Assembly: GCF_009914755.1 (NCBI RefSeq)
Contig: NC_060926.1
Strand: one strand, 5' to 3'
DNA from: the human T2T-CHM13v2.0 reference genome, Homo sapiens
Length of the DNA stretch: 64,000 bases
Shown here: positions 1 to 12,890 of the stretch, piece after piece
How the letters are laid out: every line of letters starts with the position of its first letter
Position numbering within the stretch: position 1 is the stretch's first letter
Notes under the pieces: generated by a model
Seen by the model: only the letters and a program-made list of their open reading frames with translations
Told to the model about the DNA's origin: nothing
Database searches by the model: none
Program-made: the position numbers and the translations under genes

Positions 1-1210
1 CACTGGATACATCATATACATTTTCTTTTTTCAAAAGACCCACATCTCCATCTATACATGATAGACTGCAGTAATTTCAAAAGAGCTATTGCAGTCAGTC
101 TATCAGGTAGCTAATATGCATTCAAAAAGTTTTCTAAATATGTGCTCTTATGATAGATGGTACCTGACACAAAAATAATTTCTGTTATGAAAGACCCTAA
201 ATGTACTACATAAATTTGATGTTTATATTTTAGCTTTGTGTATCCAGCCAGGGGCTCATCATGATGACTTTGGTTGGAAAAATTGCCTTCCTAACACCTT
301 GTCAGCACCAAGCACACATAACTGTATGCTATGTGCTAGTTTATAACACGGCCTCCTTGGAGCCGTGCCTGCCCTCCTTTGCCCTCACATGCTGATTGGA
401 TCTTTTTATAAACAAAGAGCATATATCCAAATATCATCCCTGTCAAAATCAAATTGTTCAGTATGGAAATGTGTGCATTGTGATAGTACATCCAGAGAGC
501 TGGCCAACAAACAAGGAAAGGTTTTGACAACTCTGGAACAAAAATTAAATTAAATTGTCTGATGCTGAATTGGCAATGGGAATCATAATCAAGATGGCGA
601 GATCCATATTTTATTGTAAACACATTTTCCCCTTTTGTTCAAAACCTACAATATGTTGGCTTGTCACCAACCTTGCACCATGGCCAATATAAGGGGGCCC
701 TTGATGTATAGAAGCCATAGCTTACCAAAGCCCTGTCCACAGCCAGGCTGCGGCATTCTGTCGTGATTTCCTGCAATCTCTAGTCGTGGATTCCTGCCTC
801 CTTTCTTCATGAGAGCTCTGTTGCAGTTATGCCCCACCTGCTCCAATTTGCTGGGATATCATGACTGGTTTCATCTTTTAATACTATATTCATCAAGCCA
901 CACCTTTGTTTACAAACTTCAATGAAGATTTTGCACAAACGATGAAGTTCCTATTCCTTCACTTGGCCTTCAAGACTTTTCAGAATTTGAATTCAACATG
1001 ATTTTTTCAAGCCCAGCTCCTATTTCCCTGTTCTCTCAGCTACAGGAGAGAATCCATGTTGAACATTCAAGCTGGTTTATATATTGGATGTCCTGCCTTC
1101 TCTCAGCTTTTCTACATCTTCCAAGGACTTGTACAGGTTCCTCTGACCGATATTCATTTAAGACAGTTTTGAATACCTGGAACATCTATGTGCCCATCCA
1201 TGTTGAATAT

Positions 1211-1381
1211 CTGGAACACACACGCGCCCCTCTGTAGGTTTGAAGGAAAGGCAGACACAATCACTGGAACACACACGCACACACACCCCTCTGTAGGTTT
1301 GAAGGAAAGGCAGACACAATCACTGGAACACACACTCACACACACCCCTCTGTAGGTCTGAAGGAAAGGCAGACACGATCA
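1211..1381. repeat. Minisatellite, 3 copies of a 53-59 bp unit containing a short (CA)n
   Basis: Unit CTGGAACACACAC..CCCCTCTGTAGGTTTGAAGGAAAGGCAGACACAATCA starts at 1211, 1264 and 1323. Confidence 0.95.
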
Positions 1382-1389
1382 TTATAATT

Positions 1390-1830
1390 CAAACATGGAA
1401 GGTGTCCATGGCTCTGACTCAGGGGAGAAAGTGTGTTCTTCTGTTTTGAAAGATAGGGAAGGTTTCAGAGATGGGAAGTGCTTACCAGGGCCTTGAGGAA
1501 CAAACAGAAGTTCATGAGGACGACCCAGGTGAGGAGGAGTGATGTGACAAGCCAAGGGAAGAGCATGTGCAGAAACATGGAAGCTCAAAGGGGGTGAAGT
1601 GGAACGACCCAAGTTCCTTGGAAATGCAGGGGCAGGGGCCAGGCCTGGAGGGCTTTGCAGGTCAGGCTACGTGGCCTGTGTCTGTAGACACAGAAAACAA
1701 TGAAAGTGTTTGAGAAGGAAAAATGGCATATTTAGAGAAGTTTTAGAAAGCCAATGTATGATTATGGGAGGAGAGAATTGGAAGGGGATGGAGCTGAAAG
1801 CAGGGAGGTGGCTAAGAGTATTCCGAGTGG
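1390..1830 (-). mobile_element. Degenerate L2 LINE fragment
   Basis: Purine-rich, with L2-like tracts (gggaaggtttcagag, agggaagagcatgtgcagaaacatgg). Old and diverged; boundaries approximate. Confidence 0.45.
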
Positions 1831-2245
1831 CAACGTCTTGCACAGCAGCTCCCCACACTTAGGTTTTTCCTTTCCTCTGTCTAGAGATCTGAGCTGCGGG
1901 GGGACCACTCATTTGGCGCTTTCTCTTTATTCCTCTGTGGTGATGTCTTTCTTGCCCATTTAGGTCACAGTTATTAGTAGCAATGAAGACAGCAATGAGC
2001 ACAAATTTTCTGAGGTCAGGGCTTTGCTCACTTTGTATTTCTTTGTATGATATCCTACAAAGTTCTACAAAAATAGTAGGTTCTAGAAAGTATTTGTGGT
2101 TGAAATTAAAGCGAGGTTACTTTGGAAAGCTCCCAATCAGGATGAAATCATAGAGAATTTTATTCCATAGCAAAAACTCTTTAACCATGCATGCTATTTG
2201 GAAGTTTACCATTTCATGATAAGACATCCATTGCATCTAAACAGA

Positions 2246-2301
2246 GTGTAAAATATAAATATGTGTGTAAAATATAAATATGTATGTAAAATATAAATGT
2301 G
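2246..2301. repeat. 19-bp AT-rich tandem repeat, about 3 copies
   Basis: GTGTAAAATATAAATATGT repeated three times. Confidence 0.85.
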
Positions 2302-2893
2302 ACTATGAGGCCTCCTATGAGAGGTGGTGGTGCAGGGAGATGGCTTTAGAGCCTTCCCCTTTGACATTTAAAACCAACTTTAAAACCAATATTGACATTT
2401 AAAACCAATTTTCAAACCGATATTTAAAACCAAGGACTTGAAATATTTCTAATTTTACATATTAGTTTGAATTTCCAAAAAAAAAAAAAAAAAATCCTAA
2501 CAGAGGAGAAGCAGTACTGCAACTCTGCATTTGCTTCATGAGCCGAGAGGCTGGCAGCCACCTGGAGGTGCCCGCCTGTCCCGGCTGCTGTGCCCCTCCC
2601 TCCTCCCTGTATTTTGCTCACAGGCCACAGCTTCTCATGTGGAAAATGTGTTATGGATTCAAGGCGTCAAGGTCATTTGCAAAGAAGCAACAGAGTACCA
2701 TTTGGTCCTTCATGCCAGGTAACAGAGAAGCGTGACCATGATATACATTTTAAAGAGGCTTCTTTGAAGTTAGAGCTTTGAGATCTGATTCCAGAAGGTG
2801 CCTGCTCTTTTTCACTGTGGAGTTGAGGCTGATGGGCTCTTTAGAAACTCAACTCATGGACACCCATGTGCAGCATTTGTGTTTTTTGTTGTC

Positions 2894-3346
2894 TTTACAA
2901 TAGCAAAGACTTGGAACCAACCCAAATGCCCATCAACGACAGACTGGATAAAGAAAATGTGGCACATATGCACCATGGAATACTATGCAGCCATAAAAAA
3001 GAATGAGTTTATGTCCTTTACAGGGACGTGGATGAAGCTGGAAACCATCATTCTCAGAAAACTAACACAGGAACAGAAAACCAAACACCACAAGTTCTCA
3101 CTCATAATTGGGAGTTGAACAATGAGAACACATGGACACAGGGTGGGGAACATCACACACCAGGGCCTGTTGTGGGGTGGGGGAAAAGGGGAGGGAGAGA
3201 ATTAGGACAAATATGTAATACATGTGGGGCTTAAAATGGGTTGATAGGTGCAGCAAACCACCACGGCACATGTATACCTATGTAACAAACCTTCACGTTC
3301 TGCACATGTATCCCAGAACTTACAGTATAATTAAAAAAAACAAAAA
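2894..3346 (+). mobile_element. 5'-truncated L1PA (about L1PA7/8) 3' end: ORF2 C-terminus, 3'UTR and poly(A)
   Basis: Translates as the ORF2p tail (TIAKTWNQPKCPS..WIKKMWHI.TMEYYAAIKKNEF). It is followed by the G-rich 3'UTR, ..tgcacatgtatcccagaactt and an A tail. Confidence 0.95.
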
Positions 3347-4029
3347 GTTGGTGCCGTGGTTACCCATTCTGCTCTGGTCCTGGGTCCCTCTCAGATACTT
3401 CCTCACGAAACTTTTTCAGTTGACTGATGTGTCCAATGTTTAGTTTTAGGTGAGACTTTTCTTCCTATCTCCAGAGGCTATACTGTGCTTTGTTTCCAGA
3501 AGTGCTCAGTTTTGTAAAAGGATTTCCCTGAGGAGGACCACATGCCCTGATGCATTTCATTTTCATGAGAGGTCAACAAGCTGGGAAACCTCAGCTTGTT
3601 CCCAGGTAGGAGCTTGCTGAAAGCTGCACTAATCTACTTTTATCACGTTGCGACCTACCATGGCGTGTGTGACTGAATGATGGTATTGTGTTTCCTGGAG
3701 AGCTGTCTCACAGTGTTCTTCACATAGCTGACAAGACACGGTGTTCAGGCCGTCAAGCCCCACATCGTATGGTTTTCCTCAAACTTGTCTGCAAGGGCTG
3801 TGTTCTCAGTGTACCTCCTTCCTTCCTCCGGCTGAGATAAATATTTCTCTGCTCAGTTTTTATCTTTCTGACAGAAAAAGAAAACTGTGTAGTCTGCTAT
3901 TCATGAAGAAACATGTCCTGTAACAAGAATGAAGTTTAGCAACAGAATGGAAAATAGACAGAAATAAACATATTTGACCTTTGTATTTCTAAGAGAAAAA
4001 CAAGAAAAGAACCTTCCCGCTGCCACTCT

Positions 4030-4195
4030 CTAACTGTGCAAGCTCCAGCACGCGTTTCCGGAGCCTCAGTTTCCTCATCTATAAAGTGGTGACCATAATG
4101 CCTGCGCCACAGGTTGCCATGAGAATGAAATGATCTAAAAATCCTCAGCACACAGTTCCTGGCACATAGTGAGGGCTTCGTAAAGGTTGACATTA
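4030..4195 (+). mobile_element. MIR SINE
   Basis: Core gagcctcagtttcctcatctataaa and the 3' motif cacagttcctggcacatagtgag. Confidence 0.8.
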
Positions 4196-6089
4196 TACTC
4201 CATTTTCTTTTCCATAGTGGGGAAAAGTGAAACCAAAAATCACCTTTCGTTCAACAGCTTTCGTATAATTCTGAGGCAAATGTTTCAAAATATGCTTTGG
4301 TACAATTTCCACAAGTGTCTAAGAAACCCATACGGCAGCTCAACAGTGATTCGTAAAAGGTGGCGTGAGGACCACACTTAGAAGCTGTGGAGTGCTCATG
4401 GAAGGGTGTGTTCCCCAGATCTGCTGAATCAGGATTGCTGATCAATTAATGTTAAATCTACCTAAACATGAATGTTTGAAAACCAGGGCAACTCAAGGAT
4501 TGATTTATAGAAACTCATATTAAAAACGATAACTACAAAGAATTCCATGGCATTATCCGACATTCCATGAAGATGCTTTCAGTGAGCACCTGAGGGTCTT
4601 GCTGCTATTGCTCAGCTGACATTGAGACCCTGAGGATGCAAGGCAATGCTGCTATACTGCAAGCCTGCCTGGGGACCGCGAGGAGCCTCAGGATTCTTCC
4701 TGATGGAAGATCAATGGCTTCTGACATTTATAAATGGCCGGGAAACACGTGTTTACTGACTATAACAGGCATGTTCCTACTTTTTTCCATGTTGAGTCTG
4801 TTGGTGAGCAAGAAGCTGTCATCTTCTAGGTTTTGAGCTTTGGCTCAGATTTCAATGAACCAAAGAAGAGGCAGTAAACGTTATTAAATTTTTCTTTATT
4901 TTTAAAGAAAATAGACACTAACTTAAAAGTGGAGTGAAATATAGAAGGCTCAAAAGATAGAGAGCCTATATAGCTTTGCTTTTCTTGTTTTGAAATTAAT
5001 ATATGGACATTATAGAAAGTTTGGAAATTGCATAAAAGTACGAAGAGTAAAATTTCCCCATCCAAGAGATTAACGCTGTTAAAATTTTTCTGTTTGTTTT
5101 GTGTTCTGGGTTTCTATATTTTGACAAAGTTGGGGTTGTGCTGTTTATACTCTTTGGTTATTTATGTTTGACCTAGAACATATTCATGGGCGTTTTTATA
5201 GCATTGAAATTTCTCTTAAACCATGATTTTTCTCAGCTAGCTGGCATTCTATATGGTAATGGTTTATTATTTAATTATTTATAAAGAGCACAAATTTTTT
5301 ATAGGGCTTCTTTCCTTAGAACCTGAATAATATTTCCACTTATTTATGTAGCTGGCAAAGTGTAATTCTTTTCTAGTTCAACCACTGGAATGTTCAAAGC
5401 TCCATTTTTAATTTACATGACAGCTCAAATACGACTTTCTAAGACCTGCCACATAACAAGCTTGCACCCACTGGTTCTCTATCCAGCGGCACCAGAGGTG
5501 AGGGGGGTGCCTGACCTTGCTCCCTGGTCCTCTTGGTTGACCTGTTCAGCTCCAGCTGAATATAGGAATATAGGCTCCACGTGGCCAGCTTTTGTTTTCC
5601 AAAACCAGAAATTCAGATTTTTATAAAACATCTGTTATTATATATTGACAACTATGTACATTTGGAAATAAAATCACTGGGGGCAGGCAAAGTGCATCTG
5701 CAGCTGGAGTTGGTCCTTTGTTCCGGCCGGTGTGTCTTCTGGAGGTGGGCCCTCTGGGCATGCTGCTTCCTGCAGAGCCGCCAGTGAAGGGTGAATCTTT
5801 CCTGCTCCCACAACCCGTGAGACCTTTGTGCTTTTCATTTTTGGGGAAATTTTGCTTCCCTCAGACCTTCTATCTCTATAGAGCCTACCATGTCCCCCAA
5901 GAACTCAGCTGCTGGGGGAAGAAGTCAGAGAGACTGGAGAGCCTTCCTTCGTCCTGCGCTTTTGCCTGCCTGCTCCGATGGGAGCAAAGAAACGGGCCAC
6001 GTCTCACGGGAGCATCCTGCCAAGTGATGATACTGACGAGCAAGTGAATATGATGGTGGGAAGGCACATGATTGGTTTTGGGTTCCTAC

Positions 6090-6265
6090 TTGCTGCTCCC
6101 CATGCTAGGTTTTGCATCTATGGGATCTAATCTTTATCAGAACTCTAAGAGGAAGGTATTCATGTCTCACTTTACGTGAGAAAGGTGAAGTTCAAATCCA
6201 TTTAAACTGACTTTCGTGAGGCCACACAGTTCTTGGTGACTGAAGTGGGATTTGGCATCTAGTGT
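6090..6265 (-). mobile_element. MIR SINE
   Basis: Reverse MIR core (cactttacgtgagaaaggtgaagttca..gccacacag..gggatttg). Confidence 0.6.
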
Positions 6266-6453
6266 CCCCACCTGCAAAGCTCATGCCCTCTCTACATGCC
6301 TTACTGCTGCCTGCTATTAGATAAATGTAGCTCACACATAAAATAATGTCCCAAATGCCGTGCACACTATAACTTGTTGGGCAAATGTTTTTATTATTTC
6401 TTGAGGGACAGAATCTGGGAAAATCCTGACTGGAAAGTTGTTGGCAGGGTGCT

Positions 6454-7248
6454 ACTCCCAATGCAGTATAGTAACCTTGGTGCAGGATGGTACCCCCAGT
6501 GAAGGAGGGTACACCCTGTGCAAAACAGTACCCCTCATGCAAGACAGTACCCCTGGTGGAGGACAGTACCCACTGTACCCCCTGGGTAGGCCAGTACCCC
6601 TGGTATAGGATGTTACCCCCAGTGCAGGATGGTATACTTGGTGTAGGATGGTGCCCTGGTGTAGAACAGTGCCCCCTGTACTCCCTGTGTAGGATGGTAC
6701 CCCTGGTGTAGGACAGTACCCCCCTGTGACCCCTGTATAGGACAGTACCCCTGGTGTAGGACAGTACCCCCATTGCAGGATGGTATCCTTGGTGTAGGAC
6801 AATACCCCTGGCGTAGAACAGTACCCCTCATGCAGAACAGTACCCCTTGTACAGGATGGTACCCCCAGTGTAGAATGGTAGCCCCTGTGCAGGATGGTAC
6901 CCCTCATGTAGAACAGTACACTGTGCAGAACAGTACCCTCGGTGCGGGACCATACAACAAGTGAAGGATGGTAACCCCTGTACAGGATGGTACCCCCCAT
7001 GCAGGATGGTATCCCCAGTACACGATGGTACCCCCATGCATGATGGTACCCCCCGTGCAGGACAGTAACCCTCATGCAGGATGGTACCCCCTGTGCAGGA
7101 TGGTATCCCCCCATGCATGACGGTATCCCCAGCAAAGGACAGTACCCCCCGTGCAGGATGGTACTCCCTGTGCAGGACAGTACCACCCATGCACGATGGC
7201 ACCTCCCATGCAGGATGGTACCCCCTGTGCACGACGGTATCCCCATGT
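6454..7248. repeat. Degenerate minisatellite, ~19-20 bp unit GTGCAGGA(TG/CA)GTACCCCT, about 40 copies
   Basis: GTACCC recurs every ~19-20 bp throughout. This explains the repetitive ORFs on both strands. Confidence 0.95.
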
Positions 7249-7884
7249 GTGCTCATGGCATAGAGGTAGAACAGGGGCTGCTGGCAGGGATGGAGTGGAG
7301 AAAGTCAGAGACTGTGGAAGGTCATTGGCCTGGGGTGGTCTGGGCATGGCCAAAGAGAAGCCAGCCACAGGCAAAACAGAAGGAACATGAAGACAAATTA
7401 GGGTATTTAATTATCTTAGTGTTATTTCACAGCTAACATTCATTTAATACATTTTATTGACAATGATGATGTGTCAGACGCTGTTCTAGGGCCTCAGAAC
7501 CAAATAAAAAAGGCTCCTTCCCTTGTGGAACCCACGTTTTAGTGGCCTTTCCCTCACCTTCCTGCAACTAAAGGCATATTTAAAATATTGTAGCAATTTA
7601 GATTCTCCAGATAGTGTAGGAAACGTGGACCTTCCCTGTGGCCTGTACCCGTCCCTCAACAGAGACAGGCAATTACCAGCGCCCAGGCTGTTGTCCGACG
7701 ACCCCAATGGCCCACTCTGATGTAAGAGGCAGAGAAGCCCTGGCAAGGTTTGCTCTGACGAAACGTGGTCTGTGGGGCTTGGTTGGTGAGTGGCTCAGTC
7801 CCTGCTGGCAGTCTGGAAATCGCTCCCTTGCATCTTCTAATTATATGTTTTTCAGCCAGGAGTTCTGTTCACCACAGCTAGTGC

Positions 7885-8300
<416 letters not shown>

Positions 8301-9964
8301 TAGTAATGGTTTAAAAATAAGCACAAGATGGAGGCTGACACTTAAACTATGTGGTCTGAGCACAGGTGTCACTGAAGTCACATGCTCACGGTTCCTTCTT
8401 CCAACTATCCCCCCCTCCCTTACTCATAGTCCACCCATAAAGGCTACAGCTGCAATCCATAAATGTGGGGCTCTACTGCAGAGCCATGTGGAGGTATGAT
8501 TGGAATGTCTGGAGGCAGGAGGACCATGGGGTTCAGCAGCTGTTGCTCAGCTAAGGGAGGCTTCCTCCACCAATGGAAAAGTGCCTCTGCCAGCGGCCCT
8601 TCCAGAAGCAATCGCAGAGGTTTTCGCTTTGCATGGCTAGAGGTGAGACAGCGCCGCAGTCCTGCGCAGGTAGTCAGGTAGCCAGGCAGTGGGATACCCT
8701 GCAGCGGCCTGGTTGTGGGGGGCCTGGATCTGCCCGGCGGCCTCATCCAAAGCTGACTGTGAAGCTGGCTCATGGTGTGCACCTTCAGGTGGTTAGCGAG
8801 CTCCAGCCTGACATGGGCGAATGCTCAGACCATGTGGCCATTACAATATCATAATCATGATGTCTCAGAGGCTAAAGAAATGGTGTTTATGATTCTAACG
8901 CCATTCAGCGACGTTCTCATGTTCACTCACTCTGTGCTAAGACCTGGGGGGCTGACAAGATGATGAGAGAGATTCCGGCCTTTGGAGTCACAGTGATGGG
9001 AGGGGGCTGGCATCCACGCGGGTGTGTAGCAGACACGGCTGGTCATCCCTGACATTCACTTTCCCCTTCCTACATTGTGGGACCATCCAGAGTTTCACCC
9101 TGAACCCAGGGACCAGCCAAAGACCCTCCTTCCCAGGTTCCCTGCAACAAGGTATGACCCTGGCCCTGAGTTCTCCCAGGGACAGAGAGGAAGGGCCAGG
9201 TCCTCAAGGAGCGAGCACATCCCCATCCTCTTTCCCTCCTCTCCTGGGGCTGGAAAATGTTTGCTTACTGTAATTAGGCCTTTTGCAAATTAGCTTACCG
9301 TGAGAAATGCCCAAGCGTATTTTTCCTGTGTCAATAGCAACACAGTATCCTTTCTTAGGATGATTTCCCCCCAGAACAGAGGAGCTGTGCCACATGGTAA
9401 AAAATGGGAAGGTCAAGGGGTCTCCGTTCTGGGGATGCTCAGGTGGCTCTGCTGGCAGTGGCATGGAATGGGCTGACGCACCTGCACTCCGTGCTACTGC
9501 CATTGGTTACAGCTTCAAGGACTCTTGGACGTGCCTCCAGGTTAATGGACACACTCTGGATAAGAAAAGAAGTTGTTTTTCCTTTTTCTGTGTGTGGTGA
9601 TTTTTTTTGGTGAGTCTTGGATCTGTGACTTGACCTCATCAACATCAGGCTGCCGCATCTGAAGCTGGGAGCTGTCTCTGGGAACACAGGCTGGTTGGAC
9701 TGTCTTAGTCGGGTTTCATTTGGAGAGGAAGATGGGGCCGCTCCATCTTCCTGGTGCCTTTCTCCCATGTGGGAATTAGATTGAGAGAGATTTTATAACA
9801 GAAGTTGCTGTTTGGCACTGGTCCAGTTTGCAACTTGATAATCAGATGGAGATGAATGTAGTGAACGTGAGGATGCAGGGAAGTGGGAGTGTGCATCTGT
9901 GTGGATCAGCAGTAACCCCAGTGGGGTGGGGTGTTCATTTTATTCTCTATGTAAGCATTGCCGG

Positions 9965-10100
9965 CTTAGAGCTGGAAGGGAGCTTCCAGATCATATGGTC
10001 AGATTTTACAGAACAGGAAAGTGAGATGCAGAGCCTGACAGCGACTGGACCATCATAGCCTCAAAGCTGGGCTGCAGCCTCCAACCTCTTTCCTTCCCAG
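9965..10100 (-). mobile_element. MIR/MIR3 fragment
   Basis: ttagagctggaaggga..gatcat..attttacagaacaggaaagtgag is a MIR3-like signature. Confidence 0.55.
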
Positions 10101-10788
10101 CCCAGCACGTTTCCCTCTCCAAATCATCTTGGGGTTTCTTGTAAATGTTTGCTCTTGTTGGTAGGCATATCTTTAAAATCCCTGTGAGTGGGTGTATTTT
10201 ACACTACTTTTCATATTTCCACTTGATGATTTCGTGCATAAGATCTAAAAATAAAATATGTATCCACCATTATAGATATAAATATAATGTTAAAAAATGA
10301 TCACTCTTCCCCACCCCTTTTGTAAGCATGAAGTTAGGATCTATATGAAACTCAGGAAAGTTTGCTCTTCTTGTTACTATAGCAAAAAAAAAAAAAAAGC
10401 TCTTGTAGTTTGAAAAAGTATAAAATATTTATCTTATTTTCCTTCTTCATGAACCCCTTCTTTCTTTATTCACATTCATATAAAAATGTAAAATTCCTAT
10501 TAGTCTTCCCAAATGAGCTAATTGAGTTGAAAACACAGATTTATTTAAATATGTATATATCAGTATTGTTGCTTTTTAAGAATTAAAAATATATTTTAAA
10601 CCTAAAAATATAAGGTATTGATTCATTATATGGTGTGAATCACTGCAAACAAGCACTTGATAGAAAAATGGCTCTTCCCATATTGAAAAATCTGATTTGG
10701 TTGTAAGTATTTTGTCATTTGAAATTGTAGTAGTTTCTTATCCATCAACATGTAGGTTATAGAAGCTAGGGCTGTTCTAGGGACTACA

Positions 10789-10926
10789 AGATATATATAT
10801 CTGAAAGCCCATATATATTTCATATATATATATGAAATTTCATATATATAATTTCATATATATGAAATTTCATATATAAATTCATATATATATGAAATTT
10901 CATATATATATAATTTCATATGTATA
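10789..10926. repeat. AT-rich palindromic low-complexity array of (AT)n and GAAATTTC
   Basis: Perfect palindromes at 10789-10802, 10817-10838 and 10825-10850. Confidence 0.9.
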
Positions 10927-11799
10927 ATAAAACAGCCTTATCCACTAGGGACCTATGTTCTAAGCAGATGACAACTGAATTTACAGAAAACATTTGTCTT
11001 CCCCATGAAACTACAGAACTATGAGCAACATTATTACTGAATATTCAGAAATACTATTGCAGGACATTAATTTCGTAATTCTGTTAGAGTTGGGCCAGAA
11101 ATATTAATCTTCTGGGTTTATTATGAAAATGCAGAAGCATTCTTTTACTCAATTCTTAATGTTAGGGACAATAATTCATGATAATTTCAAAAATTTGAGT
11201 GTTAATCACTTAAAAATGTCCTACTGTGCATATTCAAGAGCTGTGCACATTCATTAAAAACTGTGAACATTTCTGCGGTCCAGACTTTCTGGGGAGATGG
11301 TCACGGGTAGGTCACCCCACGCCAGTGCTCACCTGCTGAGGGGTCATTCGTTCAGCTCTTTGCTAAGGTACTGGAAAGGACTAATAAATATGTTGAACTC
11401 AGAAACATATGCTATTCAGGAAATCAGTAGTAAACTTGGAGAATTAAATAGACCCATTCATAATTAAAGAGCTGAATTACTGTACTAATGAATTTCCTTC
11501 CCGGAAAGTGAAATCTGATGGTCTCATCCATCTGTTCCTTCTCCCCTCACTTTATCTCTGTTACTTTTCTTTTTCTTTCTTTCTTTTTTTTTTTTTAATA
11601 TACAGTGTTACTGTTTTCTTAAATCGAGGTTACTCCAGCTCATTCTCCTTCATACTTTTTGATTGTTCTCACATTAAAAAAAAAAAAATTCACCCACTGA
11701 CTAGAGAAGAATTTTTACTGCACTTCCCTGAGCTCTTTGTCAATTAGATTAGAAAACAGTAAGGGAAGGAGTAAAAAGAGATTCTCATCTTGCTTTCCA

Positions 11800-12730
11800 T
11801 ACATTACAGATAATCACCCAGCACCCATTACACGGCTGCATTCAGCTACAAATGACACTGGGCATTCACTCAGCATTAAGGTCTGAATTTCTCAACGCTG
11901 TCTGATTGGCTGATTGGCTGAGGTCAGTCCACCCAGCACTTTGAAGGGCTGCAGCTTAGGGCTGTTGGGCAGGAGGCTTGGCACTAACGACTTTGAAAGC
12001 AGGCAACCGAGTGCTTTTGATTAAATATGGAAAAGGCAGCAGGGAGCCTTGGCAGCATGACATTTGAAAGGAGTCCTCCAAAAATTTTTCAGCTCTCTAG
12101 TGCTTTCATGTCTTGAACAGGTTGAAATTAATGCAAAGCCTAAAATGAAACGAGGAGCGTGCGTTAGGATTCCGTGGAACCCTGAGGAGGGCACCATGAG
12201 GGCCGGGTGAAACGTCTCTCAGTGGTGAACCCTGAGTTTCGCCTGAATCGGAGACAGCACACCTGAGTTCGAGGGCAGGCTATGGCTCTTAGTCCTCTTA
12301 GATTTCTTCTGACCCTGCCAGCCACAGGGCTGTCTTGCTCCCTCCAGCTGCTGCAGAGCAGGCAACCTTCCAGGGCTTCCCATGCCACCCTGCAGCACCA
12401 CGGGCTCTCCCCGCGTCCTGCCACGTGTCCAGCATCACAGGAAATCCGGCCTCCTGCGCCCTTACCCGCTTCGACTTCCTTGTCTCCTTCTCCGCGTGCC
12501 CCACATCTTCCTTGTCCTCCAGGCTCTGCACCAGCTCTCCAGGGAGCCTCCCCAGCTTGCTTCCCTCTCACAATTGTCAGCCCTGCAGGCCACCGGGTGC
12601 CCACCTGCCCTCAGGGCAGGGCTGGGACATGCATTTAGCACAAGTTATCTGTTTCGTCTTAAAATGTGAAATGGCTTACATCCTTCACGACTGTGTTCTT
12701 CAGAACCCAGAGAGCAGGGCGGACGTTCCC
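11800..12730. promoter_or_regulatory. Candidate cis-regulatory element (motif cluster plus CpG-enriched segment)
   Basis: No recognisable repeat. Tandem CTGATTGG (11902, 11910), TGAGGTCA (11919) and CTTTGAA (11939, 11991), then about two dozen CpGs in 12150-12730. Motif inference only. Confidence 0.35.
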
Positions 12731-12734
12731 GCTA

Positions 12735-12890
12735 AGCCTTGGGACTCTGTGAGCCTCTGTTTTCCTAACTGTAAAATGGAACCGATATTATCGCTCCTGC
12801 CTACCTCAGAGGCTGCTTGAAGAATGAGAGAACCTCAGGAAAGAACTGAGTTCAGATGTTGTGCAGACATAAGATATTATTATCGAAATC
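12735..12890 (+). mobile_element. MIR SINE
   Basis: gagcctctgttttcctaactgtaaaatgg..cctacctcagaggctgc core. Confidence 0.75.

Noticed and set aside
2361-2433. Short TTTAAAACCAA reiterations
   Set aside because: Small slippage-type duplications in AT-rich DNA with nothing to suggest function.
6192-7436. Long ORFs of up to 264 aa with GGTILH/GVPSC/GYHP repeats
   Set aside because: These are translations of the ~19-bp minisatellite, open in several frames on both strands, with no gene structure.
12164-12820. Overlapping 118-161 aa ORFs in the GC-rich patch
   Set aside because: GC-rich, stop-poor sequence open on both strands, with no recognisable domain or convincing splice structure.
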